Source: an uncultured Oscillospiraceae bacterium | GTDB taxonomy: Bacteria; Bacillota; Clostridia; Oscillospirales; CAG-382 | Assembly (NCBI GenBank): GCA_964522305.1 | Contig: CAZFVM010000001.1 | Span: 1-51,814, forward strand | Direction of reading: 5' to 3' | DNA length: 51,814 bases | Part shown: positions 38,079-45,518 of the stretch, in pieces | Position numbering within the stretch: the stretch's first letter is position 1 | Layout: each line of letters opens with the position of its first letter | Notes under the pieces: generated by a model | What the model saw: the letters and a program-made list of their open reading frames with translations, nothing else | Database searches by the model: none | What the model was told of the DNA's origin: nothing | Made by a program: the position numbers and the translations under genes

Positions 38079-38933
38079 TTAACCTAATTTGCGTTTTAAC
38101 GCCGCATAGAAGGCGTCCTGCTTTAACTTTATAAAGGTAATTGCTTTATCGCTTTTTTCTATAACAACTTTGTCGTGGTTTGCCAAGGGAAAAGAGTGCT
38201 TGCCGTCCACCGTGAGTATCAGGTCTCCCCCTTTTTCGGAATAAGGCTCTACCTCAATCAAAGACCCCGGAGAAAAGACCATGGCCTTGGAGTCCGCCAG
38301 AGAATGGGAACAAATGGGGCACACACAAAAGCCCTCTAACTTAGGGTCGATAATGGGACCCCCTGCCGCCATAGAATAGGCGGTGGAACCGGTGGGAGTG
38401 GAAATAATAAGCCCGTCGGCTTTGTATTCGTTAACCGGGGTATGGTCACAGGCGAGCTTGAGGGTTACCATACTCGCCACCGCACCCCTGGAAACAATAG
38501 CTTCGTTAAGGGCGAAAAAATCTATCAGCTTTACTCCTTCCCGATAGACCGAGGTTTTGAGCATCATCCTGTCTATACTCCAAAAACTCCCTTTTAACCC
38601 GTCTAACAGGTGGAGTTCACTTATCTCAAGTTCGCTCATATAACCCAAGGTTCCCAGGTTTATACCCAACAAAGGGGTATCAAAAGAACAAGCCTTATGG
38701 GCTGCCGACAACATGGTGCCGTCTCCGCCCAAAACAATGGCGATGTCGCTTTTTTCAAAGGCTTCTTTTTCCGGCAGATATTTGTCTGCATCAAATACAC
38801 CTTTGTACTCGTCGGAGATAACAACGCTCATATCCAGCTCACGAAGCTTTTCGGTCACCATAGCCACCGCTTCTTGACATCTTTGTTTGTTGTAGTTTGG
38901 GTAAATAAGGACTTTCTTTATGATAAGGGACAT
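38079..38933 (-). CDS. nadK: NAD kinase
   Basis: 284 aa with the GGDGTML motif and STPTGSTAYS. Confidence 0.9.
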   Translation of the reverse strand: MSLIIKKVLIYPNYNKQRCQEAVAMVTEKLRELDMSVVISDEYKGVFDADKYLPEKEAFEKSDIAIVLGGDGTMLSAAHKACSFDTPLLGINLGTLGYMSELEISELHLLDGLKGSFWSIDRMMLKTSVYREGVKLIDFFALNEAIVSRGAVASMVTLKLACDHTPVNEYKADGLIISTPTGSTAYSMAAGGPIIDPKLEGFCVCPICSHSLADSKAMVFSPGSLIEVEPYSEKGGDLILTVDGKHSFPLANHDKVVIEKSDKAITFIKLKQDAFYAALKRKLG

Positions 38934-39048
38934 GGCTTGTTCTCCTTTCTCTTAATATATTTTTGGGTGATTAATATATAATTTTGCTTTTTGTAAGACA
39001 ATCGCATTTATTGGTCTTTGACATTAATAGATATAAAAAATTTTGCCT

Positions 39049-40926
39049 TTAACTATCTTGGTTCTCCGAGTCTTTGTTGAGCAGGCTTAATATCTCCCTG
39101 GTTATTTGGTTAGGAGAAAACCCGCATTGTGCAAACAGCTCGTCGTTGGAGCCGTGCAGGACAAAGTTATCCTCTATTGCCCGCACTGCGTACTTACGCC
39201 CGGGGTCTGAGGGACAAAGGGTCGAGGCTAAGGTTTCTCCTATACCTCCCCGCTTCATGCCTTCTTCTAAGATATACACCAAAGATGTTTGGCCCAAAAA
39301 TAGACTTATCTTTTCGAAATCCAGGGGTTTTATGCAAATAAGCTTTATAACTCGACAGTTAATGCCTTTTTGATAAAGCATCCCGGCGGCTAACAAAGCG
39401 TTTTTTGTAATCCTGCCATAACTGATAATACTGACCGTGGGGTTGGGTCCGAATTCGCAGACCCCGGTGTCCCCCGCCATGTTAAATATGGAGCGGTCGT
39501 ATTCTTCGGGGGAGCCCTTCGGATATCTTATTGCCACGGGCTTGTTTGAGGTCATCGCCCTTTCAAAGGCGAAATCGAAGTCCTCAAAGGACTCGGGGGA
39601 GTATATAACCGTACCGGGTATGGTGTTTAGCAGACTGACATCAAATATACCGTGATGGGTCACTCCGTCTTCTCCCACAAACCCCGCTCGGTCCAACGCC
39701 AATATCACCGGCAGCTTCTGGATGGCAACATCATGCAAGAACTGGTCATAACCCCGCTGGAAAAAGGTGGAATATACGGCAAACACCGCTTTGTTACCCT
39801 GGGTGGCAAGCCCGGCACAAAAGGTGGTGGCATGCCCTTCCGCTATCCCCACATCAAAGAATCTATCGGGGTGCTCGGCGGCAAAGGCTCCGAGTCCGGT
39901 GCCATCGGTCATGGCGGCGGTTATCCCACATATGCTTTTGTCAACCTTTGCATATTCTGTCATCAGGTTGCCAAAGTGGGAGGAGAAGGTGGGACGAGCT
40001 CCCTGAGAGGGTTTGCCGGTTTCGATATCAAAACTGCCTATCGAGTGGAACTTCTCTGCCTTTTCCTCCGCCGGCTTATAGCCCTTGCCCTTGGTGGTAC
40101 AGATATGGACCACGCTGCATTTGTCCGAGAGTTTTGCTTCGTTTAAGAGGATTTCCAGTTGTTTTTGGTTGTTGCCGTCGATGGGACCGAAATAGTTGAG
40201 CCCCATTACCTCAAAGAAATTTTCTTTGACCAAAATCCTCTTGACTCTATTTTTTGCCTTTTTAGAAATTTTTATAAGACCCTTTCCGATAAGGGGAATA
40301 GACCCAAACATTTTGCTTATTGAGTGCTTGAATCTAAAGTAACGGGCACTGTTGCGAAAACGACGAAAATATCGGCTAATACCCCCCACATTCTTTGATA
40401 TAGACATGTCGTTGTCGTTGAGAACTATAATAAGGCGGTCGTAGTCCCCGCAATTGTTTAGCGCTTCGTATACCATCCCTCCGGTAAAAGCGCCGTCACC
40501 TATCACCGCTATGGTGTAGTTGGGGTTGTCCTTTAGTTTGTTGGCGGCAGCTATCCCCAAAGCTGCGGACAAGGCGGTAGAACCATGCCCTGCGCCAAAG
40601 GGGTCATGGGGGCTCTCTGCCCGACAGGTAAACCCGGAAATCCCGTTGTATCGGCGTAAAGTATTAAGAAGATGCTTTCTGCCGGTAATCATCTTGTGAA
40701 TGTAACTCTGGTGTCCCACATCCCAGATGATTTTGTCTTCGGGAGAATCAAAGACCCTGTGTAATGCCAAAGTAAGCTCGGCGACACATAGGTTGGATGC
40801 CAGATGACCGCCGGACTTAGAGACCGTGTTTAGCACTTCGTCTCTCAACTCCTCGGCGAGTATTTCCAGCTGCTCGTAGGATAATTCTTTAATGTCTTCG
40901 GGGGAGTTTGTGTGTTCGATAATCAA
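39049..40926 (-). CDS. dxs: 1-deoxy-D-xylulose-5-phosphate synthase
   Basis: 625 aa with GGHLASNL, the GDG thiamine-diphosphate motif (IGDGAFTGG) and a transketolase-like C-terminus. The TTG start overlaps the stop of the upstream membrane gene (TTGA). Confidence 0.95.
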   Translation of the reverse strand: MIIEHTNSPEDIKELSYEQLEILAEELRDEVLNTVSKSGGHLASNLCVAELTLALHRVFDSPEDKIIWDVGHQSYIHKMITGRKHLLNTLRRYNGISGFTCRAESPHDPFGAGHGSTALSAALGIAAANKLKDNPNYTIAVIGDGAFTGGMVYEALNNCGDYDRLIIVLNDNDMSISKNVGGISRYFRRFRNSARYFRFKHSISKMFGSIPLIGKGLIKISKKAKNRVKRILVKENFFEVMGLNYFGPIDGNNQKQLEILLNEAKLSDKCSVVHICTTKGKGYKPAEEKAEKFHSIGSFDIETGKPSQGARPTFSSHFGNLMTEYAKVDKSICGITAAMTDGTGLGAFAAEHPDRFFDVGIAEGHATTFCAGLATQGNKAVFAVYSTFFQRGYDQFLHDVAIQKLPVILALDRAGFVGEDGVTHHGIFDVSLLNTIPGTVIYSPESFEDFDFAFERAMTSNKPVAIRYPKGSPEEYDRSIFNMAGDTGVCEFGPNPTVSIISYGRITKNALLAAGMLYQKGINCRVIKLICIKPLDFEKISLFLGQTSLVYILEEGMKRGGIGETLASTLCPSDPGRKYAVRAIEDNFVLHGSNDELFAQCGFSPNQITREILSLLNKDSENQDS

Positions 40927-41582
40927 TTAATCTTGTCCTCGTTTTTTGTAGGTTTGCCGGGCTTATCAGAAAAACCGCTCAACACCTTAGCGGCAAACAA
41001 AACTATTCCTTCGCTATGCTTTGTGGCTATAATCTTACCCACTGCTTTAAATCCTACGGTAGCCGCAGCTATCAAAGAGGTAAGCAAAAGAGTAAGCCAA
41101 AGGTTACTGTCAAAGACATTCACCGATATGGCGGCGCCGGTCACACCGCTCATTACCCCGGCGATATCCCCGATAAGGTCGTTACAAAAAGAGGTAACCT
41201 TGTCGGAGTTCGAAATCAGCCAGACCGCTTTCTTGCCGGACTTTAGCTTGCGGGCAGCCATGGAATTAAAGGGCTTTACTTCTGCCACGGCAACCGCCAG
41301 TCCCAGAATGTCAAAAAACACTCCTATGAATATAAAAAACAGCAGCACCGGTATTGCCACCAAAACATTTATCGAGGCAACAACCTCGGTAGAGCCGAGG
41401 GACAGCACCGCCGTTATCAAAAAGGACAGCACAAAGGCAGTTAATACCCAACGCTTCTGGGTCCGCCGTTTTTGTTGTTCTTTCTTTGTTAAACGGGTCT
41501 TATTTTGATTGTGAGTGCGGCTTGGTTTGCCGCCGGATGACTTTGCCTGTTTGATACTTCGATCAGGCTCTTTACTCTCCAT
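40923..41582 (-). CDS. oapA: Small 4-TM membrane protein with a highly basic N-terminal tail; candidate OLE-associated protein A
   Basis: 219 aa. About 15 K/R in the first 45 residues (KQAKSSGGKPSRTHNQNKTRLTKKEQQKRRTQKR), followed by about four TM helices. It lies immediately downstream of the ORF-free RNA-like gap and upstream of dxs. The name rests on synteny, not on a homology search. Confidence 0.6.
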   Translation of the reverse strand: MESKEPDRSIKQAKSSGGKPSRTHNQNKTRLTKKEQQKRRTQKRWVLTAFVLSFLITAVLSLGSTEVVASINVLVAIPVLLFFIFIGVFFDILGLAVAVAEVKPFNSMAARKLKSGKKAVWLISNSDKVTSFCNDLIGDIAGVMSGVTGAAISVNVFDSNLWLTLLLTSLIAAATVGFKAVGKIIATKHSEGIVLFAAKVLSGFSDKPGKPTKNEDKIN

Positions 41583-41676
41583 ACAGATCCTTTCAAGAGA
41601 GGTGTAGTTTGTGTTTGAAATGCGCTATATATATCCTAAGACTTAGTGTATAACTCGGTCTTTTATAAAAAACTTT

Positions 41677-42300
41677 AAAGATGGCGGCACAATATGTAAA
41701 CTTTGCGGCATACGGTCAAGTAGGTTTTCCCCGGCAGCTGCTTCCTTGTCGCCAATGGAGCGGTTTCCCTTTAAAACTGCCGACGGTATGTTGCCATATC
41801 CGTGACTTGATTGCCTTAAAGTCCGCACTGCAATCCAAATTGTGCCCGATGCAAAACAATAGTGTCTTGCATGTAATTCAGCCTAGGAGTTTTCCTCAAT
41901 AACCCGTCACCGTTGCCTAATCCTCTTTTGCAGCGATGATTTCAAGGAGCAGTATTCCCGACTTCGGTAGCTAATCTCCGCCGGTTTAAACCCCTATCCG
42001 CCATAACCACTCAAGGCAGGCTACATCTATCCGCAGCATCAAAAAACAATACCGCCTGATAGGTCTAATCCCAATCCAAGAAAACAAGGTCATCCTCGTC
42101 CCTTGGGGTCGGGCCTCAAAGGAGAGTGGGACAAGATCCGCATGCCATTGCGGGTTGCCCACAATCCCATTCTCTCAGCACTCACCCTAAACTGGGCGTA
42201 TAAAGCAAGCACCAAAAGCTTCATCGATTTGCCTTTACGCGTATTTTTAGGCACGCTTTCAGCAACAACGGGCTAACTAGGATACTGCGCCATCTTTGGC
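41677..42300 (-). ncRNA. ole: Large structured non-coding RNA, probably OLE (ornate, large, extremophilic) RNA
   Basis: The region has no credible ORF. A 10-bp closing helix pairs 42297-42288 with 41686-41677. A GNRA (GCAA) hairpin lies at 41802-41784. A nested hairpin at 42176-42122 has a G-U pair valid only on the minus strand. The approximately 620-nt size and the ispA-RNA-membrane protein-dxs context match published OLE loci. The ends are approximate. Confidence 0.6.
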
Positions 42301-42302
42301 AT

Positions 42303-42331
42303 ATAATATCATATTTTAATTATAAATACAA
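42303..42331 (-). promoter_or_regulatory. Candidate sigma-A-like promoter just upstream of the RNA domain
   Basis: On the minus strand: TTGTAT (42331-42326), 17-nt spacer, TATTAT (42308-42303). This would place a TSS a few nt before the 5' strand of the closing helix. Confidence 0.35.
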
Positions 42332-42343
42332 TTATTTTTACCA

Positions 42344-42369
42344 CCGAAACAAAACCCCTTTTGTCTCGG
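42344..42369 (-). promoter_or_regulatory. Stem-loop directly after the ispA stop codon
   Basis: Minus-strand CCGAGACAAAA-GGGG-UUUUGUUUCGG, 11 bp including one G-U. There is no following U-tract, so it is not a canonical terminator. It could be a 3' stability or processing hairpin. Confidence 0.3.
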
Positions 42370-43266
42370 TTAACTTTCCCTATCCAGCAAATAATCGCAG
42401 AGTTGCAAAAGTCGACGGGCAGGGCCCGAATTCGGGTAGGATTTTATCACGCTTTTGGCTTTGTTTGTGTGTTCTTTTGCCAGCTCTTCGCTGCGGGTTT
42501 GTCCCAGCAAAGCCGGGTAGGTGTTCTTTCCTTTTTGCGCGTCTGCCCCCGGGGTTTTGCCCATCTTGTCTTTGTCTCCCCGGATATCCAGAAGATCATC
42601 TATAATCTGAAACGCCAACCCCAGGTGTCTGCCAAACTCGGCAGAACTCTCCATGTCAGAGGGGCTCCCCCCGCCAGCGATACATCCCAGCACACAGGAA
42701 CACGAGATAAGGGCTGCCGTCTTTTTGGCAACTAAGTCTTCCAAGACCTCCGCAGAAATACTCGCATGCTCGCTTTGCAGGTCTATCTGTTGCCCCCCCA
42801 TCATCCCGTCCTTCCCACCATAGGCGGCAAGGGCGATTACCGCTTGCAAGTTTTGCTCCGGAGAGCAAAGGGGGTTCTCGGCTGCGACTCTAAAAGCCTC
42901 GGTAAGCAGTGCATCCCCCGCCAATATAGCCGTGGCTTCACCGAAGACTATGTGGTTTGAGGGTTTGTTGCGCCTGAGGTCGTCGTTGTCCATGGCGGGT
43001 AGGTCATCGTGGACCAAGGACATGACATGCAGCATCTCCACCGATGCACCGTACATAACTCCTTTGTCTTCTGACCCGCTAAAGAGTCGGCAAAACTCCA
43101 GCACCAGATAAGGGCGTATCCTCTTTCCCGGCAGGGTGACAGAATAGCGCATGGCGTCAATAAGGATAGCGTGATTGCTTCGGGTGGAAGCCAACAGCTT
43201 TGTTATGGTTTTGTCGGTAATCTCCTTTGCCTCGTTTAAGGCAAGGCTTAAGTCATAAAAGGGCAT
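42370..43266 (-). CDS. ispA: Farnesyl/geranylgeranyl diphosphate synthase (polyprenyl synthetase)
   Basis: 298 aa with the first DDxxD-type motif LVHDDLPAMDNDDLRR and the second motif FQIIDDLLD. Confidence 0.9.
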   Translation of the reverse strand: MPFYDLSLALNEAKEITDKTITKLLASTRSNHAILIDAMRYSVTLPGKRIRPYLVLEFCRLFSGSEDKGVMYGASVEMLHVMSLVHDDLPAMDNDDLRRNKPSNHIVFGEATAILAGDALLTEAFRVAAENPLCSPEQNLQAVIALAAYGGKDGMMGGQQIDLQSEHASISAEVLEDLVAKKTAALISCSCVLGCIAGGGSPSDMESSAEFGRHLGLAFQIIDDLLDIRGDKDKMGKTPGADAQKGKNTYPALLGQTRSEELAKEHTNKAKSVIKSYPNSGPARRLLQLCDYLLDRES

Positions 43267-43298
43267 GTTTACCCCTTTCGATAATTATAGTGATGGGG

Positions 43299-43523
43299 TT
43301 ATTCGGCGGTAAAGTCCTGCTCTATAGCCATGCCTTCTGCCTCGGTTATGAGCTTGACCTTTTTTTCTGCCGTCGATATTTTCTCGTTGCAGAATTTAAC
43401 CAATTTGCTTCCTTCTTCAAACAAAGAAAGGGATTCGTCCAAAGGGGTGTTCGCCGCCTCCAGAGCCTTGACTATCTCTTCTAACCTTGCCAAAGCCTTT
43501 TCAAAAGTCAATTCTTTTTCCAT
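43299..43523 (-). CDS. xseB: Exodeoxyribonuclease VII small subunit
   Basis: 74 aa, FEKALARLEEIVKALE...PLDESLSLFEEG. Confidence 0.9.
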   Translation of the reverse strand: MEKELTFEKALARLEEIVKALEAANTPLDESLSLFEEGSKLVKFCNEKISTAEKKVKLITEAEGMAIEQDFTAE

Positions 43524-43535
43524 TTGTTTATCCTT

Positions 43536-44822
43536 TTACTTTAGTGTTTTATTGTCGTTTTTTGTTGTTTGTGTAGCCGTTGCCGTAACCTTTCCGTCGG
43601 CGAGCAGTATATCCAGGGTATCCCGGGCACTTACATCCTCCACCGAAGCGATGGCTTTGCCCCGGGAGTCATAGACCACCGCATACCCTCTGGACAAAAT
43701 CGCCAAGGGGTTTAGGCTTTGGAGCTTTTCTCTTTGAAGACGCAGGTTGCTGCGACTTTGCTCCAAGAATCTGGCAGGGGCGAGGGCAAGAAGCTTTTGG
43801 TGACGGTCTATGGTGCTCTTTATCAGCTCGAAGTTTAGCACTCCATACAGCCGCTCCTCTAACCGTCCCAGAGTCATCTTTCGCTCGTCAAAGGTGGTCA
43901 AGGGAGATTGCAACACCCTTCTTTGTGCCAGCAGTTGCAAACGATTGTCCAGCTCGGTTATCTGTCGCATCAGGTTATTTGTTATTATCGCCTTTACATT
44001 ATCGAACTTTTGCATAAGCTCCAGAGAATCCGGTACCGCCAGCTCTGCGGCAACAGACGGGGTGGGGGCACGCAGATCCGCCACAAAGTCCGAGATGGTG
44101 GTGTCGGTCTCATGGCCGACGGCGGAAATAACCGGAGTATGGCAATCAAATATTGCCCGGGCGAGCTCTTCGTTGTTAAATGCCCACAGGTCCTCTATAG
44201 ACCCTCCGCCTCTGCCGATTATAATAACATCGTACATCCGACTTTGGTCAAGATATTTTAGCCCCTTTATAATCTGGGCAGGGGCACCTTCTCCTTGGAC
44301 TAAGGAGGGGTAAATGGTTATCTTTGCCGCAGGAAATCGTCGGCTTATTACATGTATCATATCCCGAACCGCGGCTCCCGTGGGGGCGGTGACTATCCCT
44401 ACGCTAAAGGGGATTTTGGGAATCTTTTTCTTATGCTCCGGAGAGAAAAGACCTTCTTTGCGGAGCTTTTCTTTGAGTTGTTCGAAGGCGATATACAGCG
44501 CGCCGATCCCGTCTTGCTCCATACTGTCTATATACAGCTGACAGGTCCCGTCTTTGATATAGGTGGAAATCCGCCCGCGACACAACACTTTCATACCGTC
44601 TTTGGGTAAAAAACTCAATTTTGTTCTTCCTCCGAACATAACCGCCTTGAGGGTGGACTGCTCGTCTTTTAGAGTCAGATATACATGACCGGAGGCAGTA
44701 TGCATGACAAAGTTAGATATCTCCCCCCGCAGATGCACGTTTTTTAAGGTTGGAAGGTTATCTAAGTAGTCTTTTATAAGTTTGTTTACCTGGGAAACGG
44801 TTAGGGTGTTTTCTCCGCTCAT
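43536..44822 (-). CDS. xseA: Exodeoxyribonuclease VII large subunit
   Basis: 428 aa with an N-terminal OB fold (VHLRGEISNF...SGHVYLTLKD) and a catalytic core (GRGGGS). Confidence 0.9.
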   Translation of the reverse strand: MSGENTLTVSQVNKLIKDYLDNLPTLKNVHLRGEISNFVMHTASGHVYLTLKDEQSTLKAVMFGGRTKLSFLPKDGMKVLCRGRISTYIKDGTCQLYIDSMEQDGIGALYIAFEQLKEKLRKEGLFSPEHKKKIPKIPFSVGIVTAPTGAAVRDMIHVISRRFPAAKITIYPSLVQGEGAPAQIIKGLKYLDQSRMYDVIIIGRGGGSIEDLWAFNNEELARAIFDCHTPVISAVGHETDTTISDFVADLRAPTPSVAAELAVPDSLELMQKFDNVKAIITNNLMRQITELDNRLQLLAQRRVLQSPLTTFDERKMTLGRLEERLYGVLNFELIKSTIDRHQKLLALAPARFLEQSRSNLRLQREKLQSLNPLAILSRGYAVVYDSRGKAIASVEDVSARDTLDILLADGKVTATATQTTKNDNKTLK

Positions 44823-45211
44823 TTGTTAACTATCCTGCCTATTACTCCGTTGATGAAAGGGACTGCCTTTTCGTCATCGTACTCCTTCGCCAGTTCCAAA
44901 GCTTCGTTTATTATCACCGGGATATCGGTTTCGGCGATATAAACAATCTCGTAGACACACATTCTGAGTATGCCCAAGGTGATTTTGTTGATTCTGTTTA
45001 GTTTCCAGTTGTCCGCTGCTTTTTCTATCATTTCGTCCAACTCGAGCTTGTGTTGACTCACTCCAAAGAAAAGCTCCTTTGTAAAGTCGTCGTAGCTCTC
45101 CTCGCGATAGAGCGTTGCGTGTTCCAACAGCTCCTCGGGAGCAAGGTCGTTATAAAACTCCTGTTCGTATATCAGTTCAAGGGCTTTTGTTCGGGATTTT
45201 CGTCTGCTCAT
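44819..45211 (-). CDS. nusB: Transcription antitermination factor NusB
   Basis: MSRRKSRTKALELIYEQEF... I chose ATG at 45211 over 45238. The stop overlaps the xseA start. Confidence 0.9.
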   Translation of the reverse strand: MSRRKSRTKALELIYEQEFYNDLAPEELLEHATLYREESYDDFTKELFFGVSQHKLELDEMIEKAADNWKLNRINKITLGILRMCVYEIVYIAETDIPVIINEALELAKEYDDEKAVPFINGVIGRIVNK

Positions 45212-45269
45212 TATAGTAGTTTCCCTGTTCTTTATCATTAAAATATGGGTGTCAAAAATATATCATTAT

Positions 45270-45298
45270 ATTATAACAATCCCCCCTTGCTTTGTCAA
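45270..45298 (-). promoter_or_regulatory. Consensus sigma-A promoter heading the nusB-xseAB-ispA... gene run
   Basis: On the minus strand: TTGACA (45298-45293), 17-nt spacer, TATAAT (45275-45270). Confidence 0.6.
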
Positions 45299-45423
45299 AC
45301 CGTAATAGTGGATAAGACACCGGTATATTCGGGGTCGGCAAAGGGGAAAATATGGGATAAAACCATGGATAACATGCACACATATACCGGCTATCCCGAG
45401 GATTGTCTATTATATATTAGCTA

Positions 45424-45452
45424 TTGAAAAACCTGCTCGAACCATGTATAAT
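45424..45452 (+). promoter_or_regulatory. Sigma-A-like promoter of gpmI
   Basis: TTGAAA (45424-45429), 17-nt spacer, TATAAT (45447-45452). Confidence 0.55.
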
Positions 45453-45518
45453 ATTAAGAAGAGAAAGATTAATTATTTTGGTATATTTTGATATATATAG
45501 AAGAGAGGTCAAGAATTT

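Noticed and set aside
40912-41508. 198-aa plus-strand ORF, and similar long antisense ORFs at 7163-7816, 11790-12491, 14662-15441, 32926-33534, 42361-42735, 45930-46547 and 49770-50228
   Set aside because: Each lies fully inside, and antisense to, a CDS with strong family motifs. They have Ser/Pro/Arg-rich shadow-ORF composition and lack ribosome-binding sites.
41643-41902. ORF-track entries of 61 aa (41643-41828, minus) and 73 aa (41681-41902, plus) inside the ispA-oapA gap
   Set aside because: They are short, lack Shine-Dalgarno sequences, have low-complexity non-protein-like composition and overlap each other on opposite strands. They sit within predicted RNA helices. I treat them as chance ORFs in a non-coding RNA.
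41983-41992. 10-nt perfect palindrome GGTTTAAACC inside the RNA region
   Set aside because: A palindrome with no loop cannot form an intramolecular hairpin. It could mediate dimerisation, but one 10-mer is weak evidence, so I report it only as part of the RNA region.
41583-42369. Alternative identities for the gap: RNase P RNA, tmRNA, 6S RNA, a group I/II intron or a riboswitch leader
   Set aside because: I could not find the RNase P GAGGAAAGUCCGG-type core, a tmRNA tag reading frame with tRNA-like ends, or intron boundary motifs. About 620 nt is far too long for 6S RNA or a riboswitch. The ispA/dxs synteny points specifically to OLE.
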